Assembly (NCBI GenBank): GCA_937952215.1
Contig: CALFZH010000060.1
Span: 194,464-258,463 of the forward strand
Source: an uncultured bacterium
GTDB lineage: Bacteria > Planctomycetota > UBA1135 > UBA2386
Length of the DNA: 64,000 nucleotides
Reading direction: 5' to 3'
The notes beneath the pieces are model-generated. The model made no database searches. It was not told where the DNA came from and was given only the letters and a program-made list of their open reading frames with translations. A program made the position numbers and the translations under genes. Each line of letters opens with the position of its first letter. Positions within the stretch are counted from its first letter, which is position 1. Of this stretch, positions 37,618 to 48,142 are shown in pieces.

Positions 37618-40161
37618 TCACAGCCGCAGCGTGTTGACGTCGCCGGGCCGCAGGCTCAGCGTCTCGCGCCCGACGTCGGCCCCGGCCTTGCGCAGCACCA
37701 GCACGGCCGCGGTGTCCGGAACGACGAACACCGGCGAACGCCCCTCGGCGAGCCGCAGTTCCGCCGACTCGCTGCGGCTGCGACCCTGGAACACGTTGAG
37801 GATCAGTGGCTGGCCGTCGCCGTCGAGCACGGCGATCGCATCGGCGCGCGCGGGATCCAGCAACTCGACTTGCACGTGCATGCGCACGCGGACTTCGAGA
37901 CGGAACTCGTGCGGTCGTCCGCCCGACAGGTCGAGCAATCCGCCGTTGTGGTCGCGACCCGGCTCGCTCGGAATGACGCGATCGCCCTCGAGCCGGAAGT
38001 AGGCCCAGGCCTTCGGCACCTTCGGCAACGTGAAGGCGCCGCGTTCGTCGGTCGTCGCGACTGCGGCGGCGCGTTCGTGTTGCGTGCGACCGGCCAGGCT
38101 CTGCGTGTCGATCTGCACCTGCACGCGCACACCCGGGACCGGCGTGCCGTCGCGGGCGACGACGACGCCCTTCACCTCGGCGAACAGGTGGCTCTGGTCG
38201 AGCACCAGCCGCACCCCGCGCGCCCCGGCGGGGACCGCATCGTGCTGGCACATCAGCAAGGTCTCGTGGTCGATGGCGCGCAGGCAGTAGGGGCGGTCCT
38301 CGAGGCCGTCCAGCGTGAACGTGCCGTCGGCGCCGGTGCGCACCCACGGCTGGCCGGCGGTGGGGGTCGTCCGCAGCACTTGCTGAGGGTTCTGCCCGGC
38401 GAACTCGCCGCGCTCGAAGCGGGCGCGAAGGTCGTTCATCGTCGGCAGGCCGCGGGCGATGCCCTCGACCAGCACCTGTTCGCGCGAATCGCACAGCAGC
38501 GTGGCGTCGTTGGGCCACACCACGATGCCCGGCAGGCCCTTGCCGTCCTGGTCGACGACGCGGCCATGGATCGCCAGCGGCGCCCCGCCGAGTTGCAGCA
38601 CGACGTGGCTTGCGAAGCCGCCGGCGCGGGCCAGGAATGCGCGCCGATGCCCCGCGGCGATGGCGGCGAGGCCTTCGCCGCGGCCGTCGTCGACGATCAC
38701 GAAGTTGCCCGCCTCGTCGCTGCGCGCGAGGGCGTTGCCGAGCCCGACCTGCGCACCGGCGACGATGCGCCCGTGGGCATCGACGACCTGACCTTGCACG
38801 GTGCCGGGCTTGCCCGAGATCGGTTCGAGCACGACCACGATCCCGGCTTCGTCGCGCATCGGAGCCGGCCGCCGCGCCGGCAGGTGGCCGGGCGCCGTCA
38901 CCAGCAGCTCGGCGCCGCGCACGGCGCCGGTGGTGAAGGCGAAGGCGCCGTCGGTGCTGCATGCGGTGGACACGTTGCGTTCACTCGCGGCGTCGCTGAC
39001 GTCGCGCAGGCGACTGCGCAGGTCGGCGGGCCAGACGACTTGCACGCTGGCGCCGGGCACGCGCGCCGCCGCGACGTCGCGCACGGATCCGGCGACGCGA
39101 ACGCTCGGCGCGACGACGACGAGCAGGGGCGGCGGGTTGTCGCCGGCGGGCACCAGACTCTCGAGGATCGTGAACAGGCCCGGATGGTCGGCAGTCGCGA
39201 CGAGCGGCTCGGCCATGGGCACCGCCACCACGAACGCGCCGACCGCGTCGCTCTTGCCGGCGACTTTGCCGACGCGCACGTCGATGCCAGCGGCGCCCGC
39301 CCCTTCGCTGTCGACCACACGACCAGCCACGGTGCGCGCTGACGGCGCCGGCGACGGCGGTGCCGTTGCCGGCTCGGCGGCAGGCGCAGCCACCCGTTCG
39401 CCCGGATCGTCGGAGTTGCCGAGTGCTGCGGCCGGGCGTTCCTCGGTGCCGCGCACGAGCGGTGGCGTCGGGGACGGTGTGTCCGGCGCGGCGTTCGGTG
39501 CCTGCAGACCGATCCACAGGGCGGCGAAGCCGACGACGACGATGGCCGCGGCGGCGGCGAGAGACTTGATGTTCATGGCGAGGATGGCGAGGGAAGGGGC
39601 GACTGCCGTGCTGCGCAGCACGGCGGGCAGCGGCAGCAGGGCCTGCCGCCAATCACGAGCTTCGGCGTCGGTGTCGAGGCGGCGCCGCAGTCGCTCGTGC
39701 GCGCGCAACAGGCGCGAGTGCACGGTCGCGACAGCGATCTGCAGGCGCAACGCGATGGCGCGCGGCGGCTCGTTCTCGAAGTAGCGCAGCAGCACGACGT
39801 CGCGGAATGCCGGTGGCAGCGCGAGCACGGCGTCGACGACGGCGCGATGGACGTTGGCGCGGACCAGCAGGTCCGTCGCCGTGGATGCGGCGGGGAGGGC
39901 GGTCATCACCGTGCGTTCGCGGGCCATGCGGCGGACGTCGCCGCGGCGCTGTTGGCGGACCAGGTTGTGCAGCACGGTGCGCATCCAGCCCCGCAGGTTG
40001 CTGGCATGCACCGGAGGCCGGCGCAACGCCTCGACGCACGCATCTTGGGCGAGGTCGTCGGCCGCATGGGCGTCACGCACCAACCCGCGCGCCAGGTCGC
40101 GCACCCAATGCGCTTCGCCGAGCAGTGCCTCCAGAGCGGGTGTCGGTGATGACGCGGACAT
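37618..40161 (-). CDS. ECF sigma-70 domain fused in one ORF to a transmembrane helix and a large extracytoplasmic region of CarboxypepD_reg-like repeats
   Basis: 847 aa. The N-terminal ~180 aa has sigma region 2 (DDLAQDACVEAL) and region 4 (FRDVVLLRYFENEPPRAIALRLQIAVATVHSRLLRAHERLRRRL). A transmembrane segment (IKSLAAAAAIVVVGFAALWIG) follows, then at least five repeats such as VAGRVVDSEGAGAAGIDVRV and VKGVVVARDGTPVPGVRVQV. Confidence 0.7.
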   Translation of the reverse strand: MSASSPTPALEALLGEAHWVRDLARGLVRDAHAADDLAQDACVEALRRPPVHASNLRGWMRTVLHNLVRQQRRGDVRRMARERTVMTALPAASTATDLLVRANVHRAVVDAVLALPPAFRDVVLLRYFENEPPRAIALRLQIAVATVHSRLLRAHERLRRRLDTDAEARDWRQALLPLPAVLRSTAVAPSLAILAMNIKSLAAAAAIVVVGFAALWIGLQAPNAAPDTPSPTPPLVRGTEERPAAALGNSDDPGERVAAPAAEPATAPPSPAPSARTVAGRVVDSEGAGAAGIDVRVGKVAGKSDAVGAFVVAVPMAEPLVATADHPGLFTILESLVPAGDNPPPLLVVVAPSVRVAGSVRDVAAARVPGASVQVVWPADLRSRLRDVSDAASERNVSTACSTDGAFAFTTGAVRGAELLVTAPGHLPARRPAPMRDEAGIVVVLEPISGKPGTVQGQVVDAHGRIVAGAQVGLGNALARSDEAGNFVIVDDGRGEGLAAIAAGHRRAFLARAGGFASHVVLQLGGAPLAIHGRVVDQDGKGLPGIVVWPNDATLLCDSREQVLVEGIARGLPTMNDLRARFERGEFAGQNPQQVLRTTPTAGQPWVRTGADGTFTLDGLEDRPYCLRAIDHETLLMCQHDAVPAGARGVRLVLDQSHLFAEVKGVVVARDGTPVPGVRVQVQIDTQSLAGRTQHERAAAVATTDERGAFTLPKVPKAWAYFRLEGDRVIPSEPGRDHNGGLLDLSGGRPHEFRLEVRVRMHVQVELLDPARADAIAVLDGDGQPLILNVFQGRSRSESAELRLAEGRSPVFVVPDTAAVLVLRKAGADVGRETLSLRPGDVNTLRL

Positions 40162-40310
40162 GGAACGAGCAGTGCCGCCAATGCGCGATCCTCGCCCGGA
40201 GATTCGCCTGGAGTCACATCAGGCGTGAATCCACCCCTGCGCCACCGACCGCAGCCCGACTGGCACGTATCATCCGCGCCTTCACCCCGACCCGACCCAC
40301 AGGAGTACCG

Positions 40311-41444
40311 ATGAGACGGACTGTTCTCGCCGCCGTGCTACTGCTGGCTCCGCCCGCATTCGTCGCCGCCCAAGCCGGCGAGACGAAGCCGGCGCCGAGC
40401 CAGCAGGACCCGCAGGCGGCCTACGACGAGCTGGTCACCGCCCTGAACAAGGCGATGAGCGATTGGCAGACCGAGGCGCAAGCCGCGATCGAGAAGGCGC
40501 AGAAGGCCGGCGAGGCCTTCCCGGCGATCGCGATGCAGCCGCCGACGAAGGAGTTCATCAGCCGCGCGCAGGAGCTCGCCGGCGCCTTCGAAGGCAAGGA
40601 CGACGCGGTGCGCTTCCTCGCGTTCATCGTCAAGAACGCGAGCAACGAGCGCAACGCCGTCCGGAAGGCCGTCGAGACGCTCGCGGCGAAACACGCTGGC
40701 AGCAAGGCGATCGCCGACGTGCTGCCGTTCCTGCCGATGGCGACGCGCTTTGGCGCCAGCAAGTCGGTGATGGCCCTGCTCGATCAGGTCGCTGCCGACC
40801 ACGCCGACGCCGACTGCAAGGCGCTCGCCATGATCACGCGCGGCACGCTGCGGCTGCAGCAGGCGCAGACCGACGAGCAGCGCAAGGCTGCCGAGAAGGA
40901 CCTGCGCGACGTGGCCGCGGTGACCAAGAACGCGGAGCTGCTCGCCCAAGCGAAGGACGCGCTGTTCGAGATCGAGAACCTGCAGGTCGGCTGCACGGCG
41001 CCCGACATCGTCGGCGTCGACGTCGAGGGCGTTCCCTTCAAGCTCAGCGACTACCGCGGCAAGGTGGTCCTGCTCGACTTCTGGGGATTCTGGTGAGGCC
41101 CCTGCCGGGACATGATCCCGCACGAGCGGTCGCTCGTGGAGAAGTGGAAGGACAAGCCGTTCGCGTTGCTCGGCGTCAACAGTGATGGCACCGACACCGA
41201 GGAAGGTCTGAAGAAGTACCGCGAGGAAGCGAAGACCATGGGCGTGACCTGGCGCAGCTTCCGCGACGAGGGCAGCACGCCGAAGATCAGCGACACTTGG
41301 CGCGTGCAGGGCTGGCCGACCCTCTACTTCCTCGATCACGAAGGCGTGATCCGCCACAAGGACGTGCGCGACGACGCGGAGATGGAGAAGGTCCTCGCCG
41401 AGATGATCGAAGCCGCGGAAGCGGCGGCGAAGGCGAAGAAGTGA
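40311..41444 (+). CDS. secreted TlpA/ResA-like thiol:disulfide oxidoreductase, predicted selenoprotein (U-G-P-C), Sec codon at 41094..41096
   Basis: The ATG at 40311 is preceded by AGGAG, and there is a signal peptide LLLAPPAFVAAQA. ORFs 39807..41096 and 41112..41444 are in the same frame. Read-through gives VVLLDFWGFW-U-GPCRDMIPHERSLVEKWKDKPFALLGVNSDG, the Trx-fold WCxPC site. Confidence 0.75.
41121..41138 (+). promoter_or_regulatory. candidate bacterial SECIS hairpin (7-bp stem, GGUC loop)
   Basis: CACGAGC-GGUC-GCUCGUG. The loop starts 31 nt after the UGA. The GGUC apical loop is the same as in the E. coli fdhF SECIS. Confidence 0.6.
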
Positions 41445-41453
41445 GTGCGGGCC

Positions 41454-41481
41454 GCGCGCGTCCCCGTCGTGGGGCGCGCGC
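41454..41481. terminator. GC-rich hairpin between convergent genes
   Basis: GCGCGCG-T-CCCC / loop GTCGT / GGGG-CGCGCGC, about 11 bp. It sits between the stop at 41444 (+) and the stop at 41493 (-). No T-tract is present. Confidence 0.35.
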
Positions 41482-41492
41482 CGGCGGCACCC

Positions 41493-41828
41493 TCAGTACG
41501 GACTGTCGAGCATGTCCCAGATGATCTGCTCGACGTCCGGCTGGCACTTGCCGGTCAGGCGCTGCACCGGCTCGCCCTTGCCCTCGATGTGCGCCGCGAT
41601 CGCCGGCAGGTCGCCTGCGGTGACCTTGCTGTAGAAGATCTTGTCCGGGTAGAGCGTGACGTTGATGCCCTGATCGCAGGCGCCGAAGCACGGGTAGCGC
41701 CGGATCTTGATGCGCTCCTCGTTCGGATCGAACTGCTTGATCAGGTCGCGCAGCTTGTCGAACACGTCGCCACTGCCTTTCTCGGTGCAGTCGCCGCCTT
41801 CGCAGACGTAGCAGAGTCGGTTGGTCAT
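41493..41828 (-). CDS. thioredoxin-like [2Fe-2S] ferredoxin
   Basis: Internal ATG at 41828 of ORF 41493..42107, 111 aa. The Cys ligand pattern is CYVCEGGDC...YPCFGAC. It lies downstream of boxB. Confidence 0.65.
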   Translation of the reverse strand: MTNRLCYVCEGGDCTEKGSGDVFDKLRDLIKQFDPNEERIKIRRYPCFGACDQGINVTLYPDKIFYSKVTAGDLPAIAAHIEGKGEPVQRLTGKCQPDVEQIIWDMLDSPY

Positions 41829-41959
41829 ATCGGCTCGAATGTCGGTTGCTTCGATCGGCCGCGCGAGGCGCGGTGCCGGCCGGGAGGGCGCCTTCGTGGC
41901 CGCGCGCACTGCCGGCCACCGAGGAGACGCCCGAGCCGGCGCGCGCGGTGCGCGGCGGC

Positions 41960-43378
<1,419 letters not shown>

Positions 43379-43380
43379 GG

Positions 43381-45003
43381 TCAGGTCCTCCTCCAGTCGA
43401 ACTTGGCGCTCTCGGGCGCGCCGTAACGTGTGAGTGCGCCTTCGTCGCCGGTGGCGTTCGGGCGCGTGAAGATCCAGTTCTGCCAGGCCGAGAGACGGCC
43501 GAAGATCTTGCTGTCGCAGTTCTCGGCGCCGCCGAACCGCAGCGACGCCTCCATGCCGGTCAGCGCGTCGGGCGACAACGACGAACGCTCCTCGATCGCG
43601 ATGCGCGTGTCGTCGCTCCAGTCGACCGGGTCGAGCAGGTAGGTGCAGAGTCCCTGCTCGTCGGCTTCGGCGGCGCCGAGCTTCGGCGCCTCCGCGGCCA
43701 GCCGCGCGCCCTGGTCGGGCTGCGCGAGGAAGCGGTTCTGCAGCCGCGTCAGCCCGTGGCTCATCGGCAGCGCCCCGGCACTCAGCGGACCGAAGGCGAA
43801 CGCGACCCGGTCGTCGTCGAGTGCGTAGACGCGATCGCAGGCGAGCGTCAACTCGAGGAACGCGCCGGCGGCGCAGGCTTGCTCGTCGACCATCGCGTAG
43901 GTCGAGCGCGCCATCAGGTCGAAGCGGCGCAGCGTGCGCGCCATCTGCAGCAGGATCTCGTTGCAGAGCCAGTGCGTGCGGTTCGCGAACAGGTCCTTCT
44001 CGACCGCGAGCAGCGCGTCGCGGTCGCCGCGCGTCCGCAGCACGACGAGGCCGACCTGCTCGTGATCGAAGCGCAGCTGCAGCAGCGCGTCGTCGAGTTC
44101 GCGCCAGCAGCGCAGCGCCCAGGCGGCACTGCCCGCACGTTCGTAGTCGGCGCCGGTCTTCGGCTGCGGGCCGCTCGGGCCGTGCACGGTCAACGTCGCG
44201 ACGCGCGTGGCGGCGGACACCTCGAGCTGCACGTGGGTCCAGGAGTACTTGTCGCCGTCCTGCTTCGCCTGGATGCGCTCCAGTTCGATGCCCTTGCTCG
44301 CCTTGGTCGGTTGCCGGCTCGCGAGTTCCTTCGCCCGCGCCGCCACCTTCTCGGTGAACTGCGACTTCGGCCAGATCGCGTCGACGAAGCCCCAGGCGAG
44401 CGCCTTCTTGCCGCGCAGGCCCTCGGCCATCGTGCAGAACACGTCGGCGCGGTCGCGGCGGATCTTGCGCTTGTCGACCAGCCGCGTGAGGCCGCCGGTG
44501 CCCGGCAGCACGCCGAGCAGCGGCACCTCCGGCAGCGACACCGCCGAGTTGTTGTCGTTGACGAGGTGGATCTCGTCGCACGCGAGCGCCAGTTCGTAGC
44601 CGCCGCCGGCGCACGCCGCGTTGATCGCGCAGAGCGCCGTGAGCCCGCTGTGCCGGCTCGCGTCTTCGAGCGACAGCCGCGTCTCGTTCGTGAACTTGCA
44701 GAAGTTCACTTTGAACGGGTGCGTGCTCTCCGCCAGCATCCAGATGTTCGCGCCGGCACAGAACGCGCGCTCCTGCGCGCTGCCGACGACGACCACCTTC
44801 ACCTGCGGGTGCTCGAAACGCAGCCGCTGGACAGCGTCGGCCAACTCCATGTCGACGCCGAGGTCGTAGCTGTTGAGCTTCAACTCGTAGCCCGGCTGGA
44901 AGGGGTGCGCCGGGTCGACGTTCATGCGCAGGTGCGCGGTGTCGCCGTCGATCTGCAGTTGCCAGTGCTTGTAGCTGCTCGGGTGGCGGTGGAAGTCAGT
45001 CAT
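43381..45003 (-). CDS. boxC: 2,3-epoxybenzoyl-CoA dihydrolase (benzoyl-CoA-dihydrodiol lyase, double crotonase)
   Basis: Internal ATG at 45003 of ORF 43381..45111, 540 aa. YKHWQLQIDGDTAHLRMNVDP...ERAFCAGANIWML...CAGGGYELALACDEI. It sits 2 nt upstream of boxB. Confidence 0.85.
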   Translation of the reverse strand: MTDFHRHPSSYKHWQLQIDGDTAHLRMNVDPAHPFQPGYELKLNSYDLGVDMELADAVQRLRFEHPQVKVVVVGSAQERAFCAGANIWMLAESTHPFKVNFCKFTNETRLSLEDASRHSGLTALCAINAACAGGGYELALACDEIHLVNDNNSAVSLPEVPLLGVLPGTGGLTRLVDKRKIRRDRADVFCTMAEGLRGKKALAWGFVDAIWPKSQFTEKVAARAKELASRQPTKASKGIELERIQAKQDGDKYSWTHVQLEVSAATRVATLTVHGPSGPQPKTGADYERAGSAAWALRCWRELDDALLQLRFDHEQVGLVVLRTRGDRDALLAVEKDLFANRTHWLCNEILLQMARTLRRFDLMARSTYAMVDEQACAAGAFLELTLACDRVYALDDDRVAFAFGPLSAGALPMSHGLTRLQNRFLAQPDQGARLAAEAPKLGAAEADEQGLCTYLLDPVDWSDDTRIAIEERSSLSPDALTGMEASLRFGGAENCDSKIFGRLSAWQNWIFTRPNATGDEGALTRYGAPESAKFDWRRT

Positions 45004-45245
45004 GCCGCGTCGTGGTGGGGTTCGGGGGCGAGGAGTCTGGGGATCGTCGCGCGGGGTTGCAAGCACGATAGAGCACTGTTCCGAGCCTGGAATATGCAGT
45101 TTATGGCACATCGCGAAGCCATGGCGCGCGGCGGGTCGGCGCGACCTGCATTGCGGCGAAGGCCACGCCGAGTCGCGCAGTGCTCGGCGCTCGCCGCGGG
45201 GCGTGCTTGTTCTGCCGTTCGCCCGTCGTTACAGCACAAGAGACG

Positions 45246-47366
45246 ATGACTGCCGCGAGTCGCAGCACTTGGCTCCTCGCCGTCACGTGGGTGTGCATCG
45301 TCGCCGGGGTCGCGCAACTCGCCGTGCTGTCGCAGCGCGTCGAGCGCACGCCCGACGAACTCAACTACCAACTCGCCGGCCGCGTTCTCGTCGCGCGGCA
45401 GCCGCTCACGCAGATCGAGGAGCGCTTCCAGGGGCCGTTGATCCTGGTGGGCACGCAACTCACCGACACGAAACCGCGGGCGAGCACCGACGACGCGCTG
45501 CGGGCCGCGCGCCTGGGCATGGTGGTGTTCCCGGCGGTGTTGATGGTGGTGCTGGCGATGTGGTCGGCTGCGGCACTCGGTGCGGTCGCCGGCGCCTGGG
45601 TGGCGTTCCTCGCCGCGACGAGTCCAGCGCTGCTCGCCTACGGTCCGCTGCTGTCCTCGGACGTGGCGTTCACCGCGATGGCGCTGCTGACCGCGGCCGC
45701 GCTCTGGCGCTGGCTGCGGGCGCCGGGTGCGGTGTCGCTGGTCGGCCTCGGCATCGCGGTCGGCGCCGTCGCCGCGACGAAGTACACCGCCGTGCTGGTC
45801 GTCGCTGCCGTCGTGCCGATCGCCGTCGGTGCCGTACTGCGCGGCCTTGCGCCATGGCCGGGCCGCGGTGCTGGTGCCGGCCTGCCGGCGCGCCTCGCCG
45901 GCCTCGCGCTCGCGTTCGTGGTCGTCGCCGGCGTCGCCCTCGTGACGCTGCATGCCGCCTACCTGTTCGCCTCGCCGCGCTTCGCCAGCGTCGCCGAGCC
46001 GGTCTTGCGCACGCCGTGGTTGCAGGCATTGGCGACGACCGCGCCGGCGAGTTGGGTGGTCGGGCTGCTGCCGGAGCCGTTCGTGCTCGGCCTCGACTAC
46101 GCGTCGGTGTGGGCGGGCGTGACCACGAACGGCACCTTCGGCGCCACGCGCGGCAACCACTGGGCCTACTACCCCCTGACCGTGGTGTTCAAGACGCCGC
46201 TGGTGCTGCTGGTCACGGCAGCGCTCGGCCTCGTCGTCGCGGCGCGCCAGCGCGACCGGCTCGGGTACTGGGCCTGCGTGTTGGTGCCGCCGCTCGCCGT
46301 GCTCCTCTTCTGCAGCGCGACGCGCGCGCTGCAGATGGGCGTGCGCTACGTGCTACCGGTGGTGCCGGCGATGTGGGTGCTGGCGGCGGTGTTCCTTGCG
46401 CGGCCCTGGCGCCATCGGCGCCTGCAGGTCGCCACGGCCTCGATCGTGATCGCGGCGTCGCTCTTCAACGTCGTCACGGGGTGGCCGCACTTCGTCGGCT
46501 TCTTCAACGTGCTCGCCGGGGGGCAGGCCGGGGGCTGGCGCCTCTGCGCCGACGGCAACTGCGATTGGAACCAACGCGTCGTCTCGGGGCGTGACGCGCT
46601 GCTGGCCCGCCACACCGGCATCGCCGTGATCGGGCCGGGGCAGGGGCCGCGGTTGGGTCGCGTCGCGGTCGAGGTCAACACGCTGCTCGAACCGGACCCG
46701 TTCGACAGCGGCTCGATCTACCACTGGCTGCGCCGGTTCGAGCCTGTCGACCACGAAGGCGCCTCGTGGTTCTTGTTCGAGGTGACGCCGGAGTCGTTCG
46801 CGGCGGCGAGCGCGGCCGGCGACCCGCGCGCCTCGACCGACCTGGCGCTCGCCTGGCTGGAGCGCGGCGAGTTCGACCGCGCGCGGGCGGCGTTGCCGTT
46901 GGCCGCCGTCGGCGAGCCGGCTGCCGTCGCCAGGATCCGCGGCATCGTCGAGAACGCGGCCATCGCCGGCAACGATCCCGCGCGCCGTGACATGGTGGCG
47001 CACGAACTCGAAGCCGTCGGCGACTTCGAACAGGCGCTGGCGTGGCTGGATCGCGGCAACCGCGCCAACCGCACACGCGTGTTCTGGCTGCACGTTCGCA
47101 TGGGCCGTCCCGGCGCGGGACTCGACTGGCTGGAAGCGCAGGGTGCCGACGGCTCGCGGACCACCGAGGAGGTAGTGTTGCTGGCAGCGATGCTCATCGA
47201 AGGCGCTACGGGTGCGGGCCTGCTGGCGGACCCGCGGCGTTCGCGCGAGCTCATGCAACGAGGACCCGCGCCGACGGCGGATTCGCCGTGGCGCGACGCC
47301 TGGAGCGAACTCGAGCGTCGCGTCGCTGCGGCGATCGAACGCGAGGCCTACTTCCGCGACAAATGA
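45246..47366 (+). CDS. PMT_2/GT39-like polytopic glycosyltransferase with C-terminal TPR-like domain
   Basis: From ORF 45180..47366. It has about 12 transmembrane segments, then a soluble helical repeat region (LALAWLERGEFDRARAAL...GDFEQALAWLDRG). Confidence 0.5.
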   Translation: MTAASRSTWLLAVTWVCIVAGVAQLAVLSQRVERTPDELNYQLAGRVLVARQPLTQIEERFQGPLILVGTQLTDTKPRASTDDALRAARLGMVVFPAVLMVVLAMWSAAALGAVAGAWVAFLAATSPALLAYGPLLSSDVAFTAMALLTAAALWRWLRAPGAVSLVGLGIAVGAVAATKYTAVLVVAAVVPIAVGAVLRGLAPWPGRGAGAGLPARLAGLALAFVVVAGVALVTLHAAYLFASPRFASVAEPVLRTPWLQALATTAPASWVVGLLPEPFVLGLDYASVWAGVTTNGTFGATRGNHWAYYPLTVVFKTPLVLLVTAALGLVVAARQRDRLGYWACVLVPPLAVLLFCSATRALQMGVRYVLPVVPAMWVLAAVFLARPWRHRRLQVATASIVIAASLFNVVTGWPHFVGFFNVLAGGQAGGWRLCADGNCDWNQRVVSGRDALLARHTGIAVIGPGQGPRLGRVAVEVNTLLEPDPFDSGSIYHWLRRFEPVDHEGASWFLFEVTPESFAAASAAGDPRASTDLALAWLERGEFDRARAALPLAAVGEPAAVARIRGIVENAAIAGNDPARRDMVAHELEAVGDFEQALAWLDRGNRANRTRVFWLHVRMGRPGAGLDWLEAQGADGSRTTEEVVLLAAMLIEGATGAGLLADPRRSRELMQRGPAPTADSPWRDAWSELERRVAAAIEREAYFRDK

Positions 47367-48142
47367 ACGTCCCTGCCCCGAACGCTGGTGCGCGACCGCG
47401 CGTGGTCGTCGTGATGCCGGCGTACAACGCCGCGAAGACCCTGGCCGCGACGCTCGCGGACATCCCGGCGGGCAGCTGCGACGAAGTGATCGTCGGCGAC
47501 GACTGCAGCCAGGACGACACCATCGCCGTCGCGAAGAGCCTGGGGCTGTTGGTGCTGAAGACCGAGCGCAACCTCGGCTACGGCGGCAACCAGAAGATGC
47601 TCTACCGGGCCGCGCTCGATCGTGGCGCCGACATCGTGGTGATGCTGCACCCGGACTACCAGTACGACCCGACGCTGGTGCCGTACTTCGTCGGCTTCGT
47701 GGAGCGTGGCGTCTGCGACGTGATCCTCGGCAACCGCATCCGTTCGCGGCGCGAGGCGCTGCGCGGCGGCATGCCGGTGTGGAAGTACCTGTTCAACCGC
47801 GTCCTCACCGTCGTGCTGAACCTCGCCTACGGAATGAACCTCTCCGAGTTCCACTCCGGCTTCCGTGTCTACCGGCGCGCGGTGCTCGAGAAGGTCGACT
47901 TCGAGTGCAACAGTGACGCCTTCGGCTTCGACGCGCAGTTCCTGGCGCAGGCGATCCACCACGGGTTCACCGTCGCCGACGCGCCGATGCCGGTGAAGTA
48001 CTTCAAGGAAGCGTCGTCGATCGGCTTCCTGCCGTCGGTGCGCTACGGCATCGACAACCTGCGCGCGGCTGCCGCGTTCACGCTCGCCCGGATCGGCTTC
48101 CGGTTCCGAGGTTTCGCACCGCGAGGCACCGTGCCGCGATGA
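47363..48142 (+). CDS. family 2 glycosyltransferase (polyprenol-phosphate sugar synthase-like)
   Basis: The ATG at 47363 overlaps the upstream stop (ATGA). VVVMPAYNAAKTL...VIVGDDCSQDDT...GYGGNQK...VMLHPDYQYDP is a GT-A DxD-type pattern. Confidence 0.75.
   Translation: MNVPAPNAGARPRVVVVMPAYNAAKTLAATLADIPAGSCDEVIVGDDCSQDDTIAVAKSLGLLVLKTERNLGYGGNQKMLYRAALDRGADIVVMLHPDYQYDPTLVPYFVGFVERGVCDVILGNRIRSRREALRGGMPVWKYLFNRVLTVVLNLAYGMNLSEFHSGFRVYRRAVLEKVDFECNSDAFGFDAQFLAQAIHHGFTVADAPMPVKYFKEASSIGFLPSVRYGIDNLRAAAAFTLARIGFRFRGFAPRGTVPR

Noticed and set aside
41106-41120. A short hairpin CGGGA-CAUGA-UCCCG right after the TlpA-like UGA, considered as the SECIS.
   Set aside because: It has only 5 bp and sits 9 nt from the UGA. 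The downstream 7-bp stem with a GGUC loop fits bacterial SECIS geometry better. The short hairpin may still form part of an extended lower stem.
43379-44614. The N-terminal 412-aa extension of the boxB ORF (track ORF 41960..44614).
   Set aside because: The extension overlaps boxC out of frame and is Arg-rich. The conserved BoxB sequence begins at MSTVDLEAK (43378), 2 nt after the boxC stop.
45095-45120. A sigma-54 promoter suggested by TGGCAC in ttatggcacatcgcgaagcc.
   Set aside because: The -12 element at the required spacing reads GAAGC rather than TTGC(A/T). Other GG/GC pairs in the region have the wrong spacing.
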